From positions 68,385 through 132,384 of the forward strand of contig CBFHGJ010000002.1 of NCBI GenBank assembly GCA_965655315.1: 64,000 nucleotides of DNA, in the 5' to 3' direction. This stretch comes from Bacteroidia bacterium (GTDB taxonomy: Bacteria; Bacteroidota; Bacteroidia; NS11-12g; UBA9320). Positions 49,080 to 59,025 of this stretch are shown piece by piece (the first letter of the stretch is position 1; the number at the start of each line of letters is the position of its first letter). Made by a program: the position numbers and the translations under genes. The notes under the pieces are model-generated. The model saw only the letters and a list, made by a program, of their open reading frames with translations. It searched no databases and was not told the origin of the DNA.

Positions 49080-49435
49080 TCCAATTTAGAAGCGTTGAAC
49101 ATGGCTTGCTGATAAGCGTTGTAGCATTCAGAGATCACTTTTAACACTTTTTTCTCATCCTCTGGGGTGTTTTCTTTTTCGATTAATTTATACTCTGCTC
49201 TACTGAAACTAGCGAGTATAGTATCTGTTGTACACGCACAGTATTCTTCACTTTGTATCGGGAACCTTACAGCATATCCACCAAGATCATCTAAACAATC
49301 TGAAACCATTTGCACCCTATCTTCTGGAGTCCATTTAGATCCTGAAGAATAATTAATAACCACCTTAACAGCAATCAATATCACCACCAAAGCAATGATA
49401 CCAAGTGCTAAATACTTCTGCCAGTTTTTTGCCAT
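49076..49435 (-). CDS. Hypothetical membrane-anchored protein with four Cys
   Basis: N-terminal TM, W..EDR......C, YCAC, distal C. Confidence 0.65.
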   Translation of the reverse strand: MAKNWQKYLALGIIALVVILIAVKVVINYSSGSKWTPEDRVQMVSDCLDDLGGYAVRFPIQSEEYCACTTDTILASFSRAEYKLIEKENTPEDEKKVLKVISECYNAYQQAMFNASKLD

Positions 49436-49498
49436 AATGAATAATACTGCAATGTTCTGAAAAAAAAACCTTTGAGCAAGATTACTTTAATTTGTAAA

Positions 49499-49954
49499 AT
49501 GAAAATCGAAGCAAGCAGCCCAGAGGAGTATATATCTAAGATTCCTGCGGAACGACAAGAGGCATTTAGAAAGTTGAGAAAAAAGATTTTAGATAATCTT
49601 CCAGAAGGATTCGAAGAAGGGAAGCAGTATGGAATGATTTCATATGAAGTTCCTAAATCTATTTACCCTGCCGGCTATCATTGTAAGCCTTTCCCACCTC
49701 TTCCATTCGTCAATTTGGCGTCACAAAAGAACTTCATCGCCTTTTATCACATGGGAATGTACGCTAAACCAGAATTATTAGATTGGTTTACAGCAGAGTA
49801 CCCGAAGAGGTGCAAATACAAACTGGATATGGGTAAAAGCTGTGTTCGGTTCAAAAAAATGGATGATATTCCCTTTGGACTGATTGGTGAACTTATGCAA
49901 AAAATGTCTGTGCAAGAATGGATCGATATTTATGAAAACAACTTGAAGCGTTAA
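49499..49954 (+). CDS. DUF1801 (YdhG-like) protein
   Basis: YGMISY.VP...YP.GYHC, LASQKN, DMGKSCVRFKK. Confidence 0.88.
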   Translation: MKIEASSPEEYISKIPAERQEAFRKLRKKILDNLPEGFEEGKQYGMISYEVPKSIYPAGYHCKPFPPLPFVNLASQKNFIAFYHMGMYAKPELLDWFTAEYPKRCKYKLDMGKSCVRFKKMDDIPFGLIGELMQKMSVQEWIDIYENNLKR

Positions 49955-49963
49955 ATAATTCTG

Positions 49964-50539
49964 TTATTCTGAAGTAGATAAGAATGCTATTAACTTATCT
50001 GCGGCTCTTCCTCGATGACTGATTTTCGATTTTTCTTTCATAGTCATCTCTGCAAATGATCTGTCAAAGCCCTCAGGTATAAAAATTGGGTCATATCCAA
50101 ACCCCTTCGATCCCGTTTTTATTTTAGCAATTTGACCTTCACTCACTCCTTCAAATAGATATTCCTCACCATCAAAAACTAAAGCAATCACTGTTCGAAA
50201 TCTTGCTGCTCTATTTTCACTATTCTGTAAGTTTTTGAGTAACAGATTCATGTTGTCCTCTGCATTTTTCGTGTTGCCGGCGTATCGAGCAGAATAAACA
50301 CCTGGATCTCCATTTAGAGCATCAACCTCTAACCCTGTATCATCTGCAAAACAATTTTCCTTAGTTTTTGAATAGACCTGTCTCACTTTCTGTAAGGCAT
50401 TTGCCTCTAAAGTACTTCCTGTCTCTAACAGTTCGTCAGGAAAAACTGCAGGATCTAAACCTTGTACTTCATAATCTGGAAGTTTTGCAGTAATCTCTGC
50501 GATTTTATTTTGGTTTTGTGAGGCTATGATGATTTTCAT
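49964..50539 (-). CDS. rdgB: dITP/XTP pyrophosphatase (HAM1 family)
   Basis: N..K..E, ADDTGL.V.AL.G.PGVYSARY, GFGYDP, SHRG. Confidence 0.95.
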   Translation of the reverse strand: MKIIIASQNQNKIAEITAKLPDYEVQGLDPAVFPDELLETGSTLEANALQKVRQVYSKTKENCFADDTGLEVDALNGDPGVYSARYAGNTKNAEDNMNLLLKNLQNSENRAARFRTVIALVFDGEEYLFEGVSEGQIAKIKTGSKGFGYDPIFIPEGFDRSFAEMTMKEKSKISHRGRAADKLIAFLSTSE

Positions 50540-50544
50540 CTGAG

Positions 50545-50560
50545 CAAATATATATCTTTG
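50545..50560. promoter_or_regulatory. Back-to-back -7 boxes for rdgB and rarA
   Basis: CAAATATA|TATCTTTG = TATATTTG (-) abutting TATCTTTG (+). Confidence 0.7.
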
Positions 50561-50569
50561 ACCAAGTCA

Positions 50570-51868
50570 ATGGACCAAGGATTTACCATACCTAACCAAC
50601 CGCTAGCAGAACGTGTTAGACCTGAGTCTTTAGACGAAATAGTTGGTCAGCAGCATATTATTGGGCCCAACAAACCACTTCGTCGTGCCATTGAAAATGG
50701 TGTGATGTATTCTTGTATTTTTTGGGGACCACCAGGAGTGGGTAAAACCACTATTGCTCAAGTCATTTCTCACGAACTGAAAACTCCATTCTTTAAACTA
50801 AGTGCAATCAATGCTGGGGTAAAAGACGTAAGAGAAGTCATTGAAAAGGCTAAAAAGACAAAGTTCCTTGGAAGCGGAGGAAGTGCTATTCTTTTTATTG
50901 ACGAAATACATCGGTTCAACAAAAGCCAGCAAGATGCACTACTTGGAGCTGTGGAACAAGGCATCATCACGCTTGTAGGTGCCACAACAGAAAACCCATC
51001 CTTTGAAGTGAATGCAGCCCTGCTTTCGAGATGTGAAGTTTTTGTTCTTCAATCACTTGATTTAGAAGATCTGAAACAACTCATTAACCAAGCTTGTAAA
51101 AAAGACAACCTATTATCACAGAAAAAAATCACGGTTAAGGAATGGGACTCACTCGTTAGAATAAGTGGTGGAGATGGCAGGAAATTACTCAATGCCTTAG
51201 AGATTATTGTCAATCATAAAGGAGGGAAGCAAATCACCATTACTAATAAAATCGTAGACGAAGCTATTCAGCAGAAGCTAGCTATGTTTGATAAAGGCCG
51301 AGAGCAGCATTACGATATTATTTCGGCTTTTATAAAGTCTATTCGTGGAAGTGATCCAAATGCGGCGGTGTATTATTTGGCTCGAATGATAGAAGGCGGA
51401 GAAGACCCTAAGTTCATTGCACGGAGACTGATCATTTCGGCAAGTGAAGACATCGGTCTTGCTAATCCTAATGCACTACTACTGGCAAACGCTTGTTTTG
51501 ATGGAGTAGCAAACGTAGGATATCCAGAGTGCAGAATCATACTCTCACAAGCTACTATCTATTTGGCAAACAGCCCAAAGAGTAATGCTAGCTATGCTGC
51601 CATAGGCAAGGCTCAAGCACTAGTGAAAGAAACTGGAGATCTTCCTATCCCGCTGAGTTTACGCAATGCTCCAACCAAGCTTATGAAAGATTTGGACTAC
51701 GGTAAAGGCTATAAATACTCACACGACTTCCCAAACAATTTTGCTGAGCAAGAATTTCTTCCTAAAGAAATCAGTGGAAATAAACTATATGACCCTGGAG
51801 TCAATGCTCAAGAAAACAAAATGCGAGAAAGACTAAAAGCTTTTTGGAAAGATAGATACGGGTACTAA
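50570..51868 (+). CDS. rarA: Replication-associated recombination protein A
   Basis: PLAERVRP, WGPPGVGKTT, DEIHRFNKSQQD, ISAFIKSIRGSD, SEDIG.A. Confidence 0.96.
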   Translation: MDQGFTIPNQPLAERVRPESLDEIVGQQHIIGPNKPLRRAIENGVMYSCIFWGPPGVGKTTIAQVISHELKTPFFKLSAINAGVKDVREVIEKAKKTKFLGSGGSAILFIDEIHRFNKSQQDALLGAVEQGIITLVGATTENPSFEVNAALLSRCEVFVLQSLDLEDLKQLINQACKKDNLLSQKKITVKEWDSLVRISGGDGRKLLNALEIIVNHKGGKQITITNKIVDEAIQQKLAMFDKGREQHYDIISAFIKSIRGSDPNAAVYYLARMIEGGEDPKFIARRLIISASEDIGLANPNALLLANACFDGVANVGYPECRIILSQATIYLANSPKSNASYAAIGKAQALVKETGDLPIPLSLRNAPTKLMKDLDYGKGYKYSHDFPNNFAEQEFLPKEISGNKLYDPGVNAQENKMRERLKAFWKDRYGY

Positions 51869-51874
51869 GCGGAA

Positions 51875-53439
51875 CTATCTGACCAAAAGTCGCTTTGCAC
51901 TTCTACCTTCATCGCTTGAGATTACCACTAAGTAAGCACCCGACAAGATACTCTCTAAATCTATACTAATTCTAGTTTGATTACCAATTTCCTCTGTTAG
52001 TAGAGTCTATCCAGTCAAGTTCACAATCTCTATCTTGCCGTTTTTCAACGGTTGATCAAGAGTTAAGTTCAGCCCTTCACTAGCAGGGTTTGGATACATC
52101 TTCACGCCGCTAAGCTTAGGAATAGGACCAACTCCAGCGGTAGACTGAAATACCCTATCTGGAAAATCGATAGTAATACCTTTTGATACTATGGCATTCA
52201 TTGGACATGCATTATCTTGGGCACTGAGATATATTGTGTTATCTCCATTTACGGACCACAACGAATCGTAACAGACCTTTCCATACACAGTGGTACCTGA
52301 TGCCAAATATTTTGGGCTATCAATTGTTAACTGAAGATGAGAACTTGAACCTAACAGTTTTAATTTTAACGTACCTGGATTAGGATAGGTGTTGGAGGTG
52401 GTGGAATTACCACGTTGTCGACAACTTGAAATTCGACACAATCATTGCCTTTTGTCCTACTTCCAACGGATTCAAAATTAATCCGTGGTACTTCATTACT
52501 CTGAGTATTTGATACGAAGAACTGAGCTTCTCTTCTGACTTCAGATATATTCTGATACACTCCAAATCTATCCTTTCTCCACTCCTTGACTAGTATTGTC
52601 ATCACAGTGAATTGATTACTAGAAGTAGATGTTGCCACTAAATTTCCTGACTTAGCATCAAAAAATATCCCAACTGCTGGAATTGTATCGGGATCACTAA
52701 ATGGAGCTGATGTTCCAGCAGGATAAAAAGCATCAAAGGGATGATTACTGGAAATATTGGTAGCGTTATATGGGGTGCTTATTCCTCTATTGGACTGCGG
52801 ATTGTCAAATGAAAAAGAAATTGAATCGTGATCTAGTGTATCAACCGCACCTAAAGCAAATGTTGAAGTTTGATTTAATGAACTTCTAAATATGGGTGTA
52901 GCATCAAAAGCTGGAGAGTTATTGACTATAGAACCTGGGTTGAATTTCATTACCACTTCAGAATAAAAACTCCCAGCAACACCTGTGGTAATAGCAGAAT
53001 TTCGACAACATCTTCCTATAGAAAAGACAATGTCATTGCCACAAGAAACAAGGCTGTTATAAGGGGCTACTCCAAAATCTACAATAGCAGTATAAACGTG
53101 CTCCTCTACTCCATTTCCCGTCTGTGCGGTATTTTGCGGATTACACGGTAGAGGTGCTCCAATGCAAACAGGAGTAACATTTGTAATACTTTGTAACGTC
53201 AAATTAAGAGGTGCACTACTACCTCCTACGCACTCAACCTTAGCGTTTGAACCAAGATTAAGAAGAGCAATCCCATTACAATCTCTATAAATCTTAAAGG
53301 TCATCTCATATTGCATTCCTGAAATATGCTTCTAAAAAATATCACTTCCCATCATATGGGTTGCCTCAGATTATAGACTTAAAAATAGAAAAAGACTCAA
53401 TGCAAAAACAATTCTCTTTAGGTTAATTAGTTGTCTCAT
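51875..53439 (-). pseudogene. T9SS type A cargo (H..G...YRDC N-domain family) with three nonsense codons and a frameshift
   Basis: MRQLIN...SL*SEATHMMGSDIF*KH...YRDC, CCRN, NNSP.F; stops at 53371, 53332 and 52007; frameshift at about 52390; CTD YPNPA...GAYLV...KRLLVR. Confidence 0.85.
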
Positions 53440-53508
53440 GTACTAATAGGATCATTGCTAATTAAACCGTGTTACCTGAAAAAATTATGATGGCAGAATG
53501 ATGACATT

Positions 53509-54756
53509 CTATTCCAAAACCGTAAGCTCTACCTTATCGATACGTTGTTCGGATGCTTCTAAGACTTTCACTTCATAATTATCAATGATGAACACCTCGT
53601 TGGTACTAGGAATTTCCTCAAGATTTGCTAGAACAAACCCTCCTAGTGTCTCATAATCTCCTTCTGGAAGATTCATATCATATTTCTCGTTAAGATAATC
53701 TACCTCAAGTTTAGCTGAAAGCGTGTATACTCCATTTTCGCTTACCTGCTCATCTTCTTCTACTAACTCATCGTGTTCGTCCTCTATCTCCCCAAAAATC
53801 TCCTCCATAATATCCTCAACTGTAATAATACCAGCAGTTCCTCCATACTCATCTACCACTAATGCAATACTTTTTTGAGTTTTTGAAAACTCATTGAGCA
53901 TGTCATTTGCCGCCTTTGATTCATTGGTAATCAGAATTGGAATCAAAATGGACTTTATACTTTTTGGTTTCTTGTGTAACTCCAAATGGTGCACATAGCC
54001 AACGATGTGATCGATATTTTCTTTGTACACAAGTATTTTAGAGTGTTGAGATTCTATAAACAGTTCCTCGAGTTCAGTTACAGTTGCATCACTCGCGATA
54101 GCCGTAATCTCCGTACGAGGCACCAAACAGTCACGTACCTTCACATTTCCAAAATCTAACGCATTCTTCAGTATATCAGTATCTACTTCAGGCTCTTCAC
54201 CTTCAGTATTGCTTTGTGCAGATTGAGAAATGAAATGATCTAGATCTACCTTCCCAAATGCAGGTGTTTTCTCAGTGAAATCAGCATTTAAAACTTTACT
54301 CAATACGCTATTGCTCAGCCAAATAACAAATACTACCAACGGGTATAACAGATAGTAAAACACTTGGAATGGATAAATGAGAAAACTCAAAATTCCACTT
54401 GGATTTAATCTAAAAAGTGCCTTCGGTAAAAATTCTGCTGTGAGAAGTACAATTCCTGTAGAAATTAAGGTTGCTATCAACAAAGCTGGAAACGACCCCC
54501 AAACCTCAAAACGAGGTCTTAAAATCTCTTCCATAGTGATACCGTAGATGACTAAAGCTATGTTGTTCCCAACTAGAATGGTAGAGATAAATTTAGAAGG
54601 AGATTTTAAATATTTAGAACAAAGAATAGCCCAATGCTTCCCCTGGTTACTGCTCAATTCTATCCGTAGTTTATTGGCCGATATAAACGCTATTTCTAAG
54701 CCCGAAAAAAATGCGGAAAGCAATAACGTAAGAATAACGAGAGCTATTGGTGTCAT
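53509..54756 (-). CDS. HlyC/CorC (CNNM-CBS) family transporter
   Basis: SAFFSGLEIAF, TILVGNN, AEFLPK, VVDEYGGTAG..TVED..EEIFGEIEDE. Confidence 0.92.
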   Translation of the reverse strand: MTPIALVILTLLLSAFFSGLEIAFISANKLRIELSSNQGKHWAILCSKYLKSPSKFISTILVGNNIALVIYGITMEEILRPRFEVWGSFPALLIATLISTGIVLLTAEFLPKALFRLNPSGILSFLIYPFQVFYYLLYPLVVFVIWLSNSVLSKVLNADFTEKTPAFGKVDLDHFISQSAQSNTEGEEPEVDTDILKNALDFGNVKVRDCLVPRTEITAIASDATVTELEELFIESQHSKILVYKENIDHIVGYVHHLELHKKPKSIKSILIPILITNESKAANDMLNEFSKTQKSIALVVDEYGGTAGIITVEDIMEEIFGEIEDEHDELVEEDEQVSENGVYTLSAKLEVDYLNEKYDMNLPEGDYETLGGFVLANLEEIPSTNEVFIIDNYEVKVLEASEQRIDKVELTVLE

Positions 54757-54811
54757 TTAGTTTGATGCAAAAATAGCATCAATCTATCTATTTGGTTTAT
54801 TTTGTATGTAA

Positions 54812-56365
54812 ATGAGCCAAAAGGATAAATTCCAAGAAGAAATAGCAGCAGGTTACACATTTAAAAATGACTCAGTAATACTAGGTGGAGCAATGATAGA
54901 CGGGGAAGCTATTCCAAATCTTCATATCAAAGCACCGCTAAAAACTTTTAATCGTCACGGGTTGATAGCTGGTGCCACTGGTACTGGAAAGACAAAAACC
55001 CTTCAGAACATCGCTGAACGACTTTCTGAAAAGGGGGTGCCTGTGCTTCTAATGGATGTAAAAGGTGATTTGTCTGGACTATCTCAAGCCAGTGAAGGTC
55101 ACCCAAAGATTGATGAGAGACATGAGCAGATTGGAAGCCCTTGGAATGGACAGGCCTACCCTACTGAAATGCTGACCATTTCAGAACAGGAAGGAACACG
55201 TATGAGGGCAACTATTTCTGAATTTGGTCCTGTACTTCTTTCTAAAATCTTGGAGCTAAATGATGCCCAAAGTGGAATTGTATCTATCATCTTTAAATAT
55301 TGTGATGATAAGCAATTACCATTACTTGATACAAAAGACTTTAGAAAAGTACTTCAATATATAAGTGGGGACGGAAAAAAAGACATTGAAGAACACTACG
55401 GTAGAGTTAGCCCAAGTTCTGTAGGTGCTATTATGAGAGCACTGATTACTATAGAAGAGCAGGGAGCAGATCTATTCTTTGGAGAAACTAGTTTTGATGT
55501 AGATGACATGCTTCGCATAGACAAAAATGGGTTAGGCTATATCAATATTCTAAGATTAGACGACATTCAGAGTAAGCCCAAATTATTCTCTATGTTTATG
55601 CTCTGTCTTCTTGCAGAGATCTACGAGACTTTCCCAGAGCAGGGAGATAGTGGAAGACCGGAGTTGGTTATTTTCATAGATGAAGCTCACCTCATATTTG
55701 AAGAGGCTAGTAAGGCTCTATTAAATCAGATTGAAACAATTGTTAAGCTAATTAGAAGTAAAGGAGTTGGACTCTTTTTTGTGACTCAAAATCCGACGGA
55801 TGTACCGGAAGATGTGTTGGCTCAACTTGGTATCAAAGTACAACACGCACTACGTGCATTTACAGCGAAAGACAGAAAAGCAATTAAACTCACTTCTGAG
55901 AATTATCCGATAACCGAATATTATGAAGTAGACGACTTGCTTACCAAGCTAGGTATTGGAGAAGCAATAATTACAGTACTAAATGAAAAAGGTATACCTA
56001 CACCACTTGCACACACATTACTTACGGCTCCAAGCTCAAGAATGGATGTAATATCAGATAAGGAGAAAAAAGAGATTCTGAATAACTCAACCATTATGAA
56101 GAAGTACAACGAAGAAGTGGACCGTGAGAGTGCCTACGAAATGCTAAACGAAAAACTGAAGGTAGCAGAAGAGTTAAGCAAGAAAGAAGCACCTACAAAG
56201 AAAAAAACAACACGAAAAACTACTACTCGGAAAGAGAAATCAACCATAGAAAAAATGGTAAATAGTAGTGCGGGTCGTACCATAATACGTGAAGTAACAA
56301 GAGGTTTGTTCGGTGTATTAGGAATCTCAAGTACCAGAAGAAGAACTAAAGGACTATTCGGATAA
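54812..56365 (+). CDS. DUF853 / YjgR HerA-like ATPase
   Basis: NRHGLIAGATGTGKTKTLQ, DVKGDLSG, FIDEAHL, IRSKGVG.FFVTQNP, VQHALRAFT. Confidence 0.92.
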   Translation: MSQKDKFQEEIAAGYTFKNDSVILGGAMIDGEAIPNLHIKAPLKTFNRHGLIAGATGTGKTKTLQNIAERLSEKGVPVLLMDVKGDLSGLSQASEGHPKIDERHEQIGSPWNGQAYPTEMLTISEQEGTRMRATISEFGPVLLSKILELNDAQSGIVSIIFKYCDDKQLPLLDTKDFRKVLQYISGDGKKDIEEHYGRVSPSSVGAIMRALITIEEQGADLFFGETSFDVDDMLRIDKNGLGYINILRLDDIQSKPKLFSMFMLCLLAEIYETFPEQGDSGRPELVIFIDEAHLIFEEASKALLNQIETIVKLIRSKGVGLFFVTQNPTDVPEDVLAQLGIKVQHALRAFTAKDRKAIKLTSENYPITEYYEVDDLLTKLGIGEAIITVLNEKGIPTPLAHTLLTAPSSRMDVISDKEKKEILNNSTIMKKYNEEVDRESAYEMLNEKLKVAEELSKKEAPTKKKTTRKTTTRKEKSTIEKMVNSSAGRTIIREVTRGLFGVLGISSTRRRTKGLFG

Positions 56366-57013
56366 ATGATGAAGAAAAAAATATTATACGGCCTATTTTT
56401 AATACTGGGTTTAGTTGCGGGATGTCGTGATGACGTAGAAGATGGTGATTGGCCAGATCCTGAAACTACCTATGACGTTATAGAATTGTCTACCGATTTT
56501 GGAGACATCTACCTCTACCTTTTTGATGGCACTCCACTTCATAAGGCAAATTTTGATAGTCTGGTAAGAGCGGGATTTTATGACAATACTGAGTTCCATC
56601 GTTGCGTAGACGACTTTGTAATACAAGGTGGGAGCCCGACAAGTAAAGATGACAATAGAAATAATGATGGCAGCGGTGGACCAGGATATACCGTTCCTGC
56701 AGAGATAGATAGCTCACTCTACAAACACAAATATGGCTCTCTCGCTGCTGCAAGATTAGGAGATATGGGAAACCCAGAGAGAAGATCTAGCGGTTCACAA
56801 TTCTATATTGTTACAGATCCGGATGACGCTTCTTTCTTAGATGGTAATTACACGGTTTTTGGAGAAGTATTAGCAGGAATGGATGTAGCCAAAACTATTG
56901 AATCACAGCCAAAAAATGGAAGTGGTCTTCCAAATGAACGAATAAAAATGTTCATCAAATATGTATCATTTACTCAAGCACAACTTGATGAAAAAGGAAT
57001 AAAACTCCCCTAG
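56366..57013 (+). CDS. Cyclophilin-type peptidyl-prolyl isomerase lipoprotein
   Basis: Lipobox VAG-C, FHR...FVIQGG, SSGSQFYIV, LDGNYTVFGEV. Confidence 0.93.
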   Translation: MMKKKILYGLFLILGLVAGCRDDVEDGDWPDPETTYDVIELSTDFGDIYLYLFDGTPLHKANFDSLVRAGFYDNTEFHRCVDDFVIQGGSPTSKDDNRNNDGSGGPGYTVPAEIDSSLYKHKYGSLAAARLGDMGNPERRSSGSQFYIVTDPDDASFLDGNYTVFGEVLAGMDVAKTIESQPKNGSGLPNERIKMFIKYVSFTQAQLDEKGIKLP

Positions 57014-57844
57014 TTGAAATTTTCAATTCTCATACCTACTTGGAATAATCTTTCTTACCTGCAGAACTGTATTCACAGTATCAGAAGTCACTCTGCCGCA
57101 GACCATCAAATCATAGTCATAGTAAATGAAGGTAACGATGGCACCGTAGACTGGTTAGACAAGGAAAAAATAACCTACGTACACCATAAAGAAAATATGG
57201 GTATTTGTACGGGATTGAATTCCTCAACGGATAGCATCACAGAAGAATACTTAGTTTATCTAAATGATGATATGTACGTCCTTCCTAACTGGGATTCAGC
57301 TTTTAGCGAATGTATAGATACGATAAATCATAAGTCATTTATGCTGAGTGGCACTATGATAGAACCCACTAGTACTGGAAATGACTGCGTTCTAATTCAA
57401 GACTTTGGTACAACATTAGAATCGTTTCAAGAAAAAGAACTTCTAGGATATCATTCAACCGCTCAAAAACAGGATTGGACAGGTGCTAGTTGGCCGCCCC
57501 TGTTGATGCCTGTCGAACTTTGGAAAAAAGTAGGAGGAATGAGTGAGGAATTTAGTCCTGGGATGTATTCTGACCCAGACTTGAGCATGAAGCTTTGGAA
57601 AGAAGGAGTTCGTTATTTCCGAGGAATTGGGAATGCTAGGGTTTACCATTTTGGCAGCAAAAGCACCCATAAATTAGGTAAGAATATAGGAAGAGGTATC
57701 TTTTTAAATAAGTGGGGTGTGACTTCTAGATATTTCTATTCCAATATCTTAAAAATGGGCAGTCTTTGGAATGGACCACTTGCTGAGCATAAAGAACCTT
57801 TAGGACAAAAGATTATACATCATTTCAAAAAAATAAGAACATGA
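57014..57844 (+). CDS. Glycosyltransferase family 2
   Basis: FSILIPTWN, NEGNDGT, YLNDD, VGGM.E.F, VYHFGS. Confidence 0.9.
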   Translation: MKFSILIPTWNNLSYLQNCIHSIRSHSAADHQIIVIVNEGNDGTVDWLDKEKITYVHHKENMGICTGLNSSTDSITEEYLVYLNDDMYVLPNWDSAFSECIDTINHKSFMLSGTMIEPTSTGNDCVLIQDFGTTLESFQEKELLGYHSTAQKQDWTGASWPPLLMPVELWKKVGGMSEEFSPGMYSDPDLSMKLWKEGVRYFRGIGNARVYHFGSKSTHKLGKNIGRGIFLNKWGVTSRYFYSNILKMGSLWNGPLAEHKEPLGQKIIHHFKKIRT

Positions 57845-58188
57845 AAATTAGGATCAAAGGGAATAGTGTAAGATTCAGATTAGCTCAAGATGAAGTTACA
57901 GCTCTAGTACAAAACGCTGAAGTTTGGAGTCAATGCCAGTTTGGTACTAGTGTACTCAGCTACGGTTTAGTAGCTACTAATAATTCTGACATATCTAGTG
58001 AGATGCGTGAGAATACCATTACTTGTTATATCCCAAAGCTATTGTTAGAAAATTGGGATACAGACGAACGAGTAGGCTTTGAAAACAGAACGGATAGTAT
58101 GTTCCTTCTAATTGAAAAAGATTGGCAATGCTTAAAGCCAAGAGTACATGAGGATGAAAGTAATCTCTATCAAAATCCGCAGGCTTAA
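57841..58188 (+). CDS. Conserved hypothetical protein typical of Bacteroidota fdhD loci
   Basis: MKIRIKGNSVRFRL, IEKDWQCL. Confidence 0.75.
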   Translation: MKIRIKGNSVRFRLAQDEVTALVQNAEVWSQCQFGTSVLSYGLVATNNSDISSEMRENTITCYIPKLLLENWDTDERVGFENRTDSMFLLIEKDWQCLKPRVHEDESNLYQNPQA

Positions 58189-58210
58189 TTCTTTCACAGA
58201 GTAATAACCC

Positions 58211-59002
58211 ATGGACGACTGCATTCATCGTATAAAACTTCACCGATTCAGGAATGATAAACTCTCAGAACAAGAAGATATTGTAGCTGTAGAGGAACCT
58301 TTGGAAATACAGGTAAAGGTAGCAAACGAAAACCAGCCAAAGTCCATATCAGTAACCATGCGAACTCCCGGTGATGACGAGGAGCTAGCACTAGGATTCT
58401 TATTCACCGAAGGGCTTATTTCTAGTTACTCTGCTATAAAAGCAGTAAAGTATATTGGTGAAAATATCATTCGGGTTATTATGAATGAAGGAGTAACTTT
58501 AGATGTTCAAACCACTGCACGGAATTTCTATACTACCAGTAGCTGTGGTGTATGTGCCAAAGCAAGTATTGAAGCCATCCACACAAAATCAAATTTCAAC
58601 TGTGAAAGCAAACACAAGATAGAAAATGAAGTGCTATTTTCTTTAAAAGAAAAACTAGCAAAACAACAGTCACTATTCACACAAACTGGGGGTATTCATG
58701 CAGCAGCACTTTTCAGCTGTGAGGGTGAGCTTCTAAGTCTAAGAGAAGATGTAGGCCGGCATAACGCACTAGATAAGCTCATAGGTAATACTTTTAAAAA
58801 ACAAAATCTCCCTCTTAGCAATGCCATACTTATGCTTAGTGGAAGGGCCAGCTTTGAACTTGTACAAAAAGCCACTATGTCTGGAATTAGGCATATTGTA
58901 TCTGTGGGTGCACCAAGTAGCCTTGCCGTGCAATTGGCCAGGGAAAATGGGCAGAACCTAATTGGATTTCTAAAGAACCAAAGTTACAATGTCTATAGCT
59001 AA
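58211..59002 (+). CDS. fdhD: Formate dehydrogenase accessory sulfurtransferase
   Basis: EEPLEI, TMRTPG, SSCGVC, TGGIHAA, REDVGRHNALDKLIG. Confidence 0.96.
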   Translation: MDDCIHRIKLHRFRNDKLSEQEDIVAVEEPLEIQVKVANENQPKSISVTMRTPGDDEELALGFLFTEGLISSYSAIKAVKYIGENIIRVIMNEGVTLDVQTTARNFYTTSSCGVCAKASIEAIHTKSNFNCESKHKIENEVLFSLKEKLAKQQSLFTQTGGIHAAALFSCEGELLSLREDVGRHNALDKLIGNTFKKQNLPLSNAILMLSGRASFELVQKATMSGIRHIVSVGAPSSLAVQLARENGQNLIGFLKNQSYNVYS

Positions 59003-59025
59003 ATATGTAACTTTGACACGTTACG

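Noticed and set aside
54812-56365. HerA-like ATPase as an anti-phage system
   Set aside because: DUF853/YjgR type with no adjacent nuclease or Sir2 partner; housekeeping context
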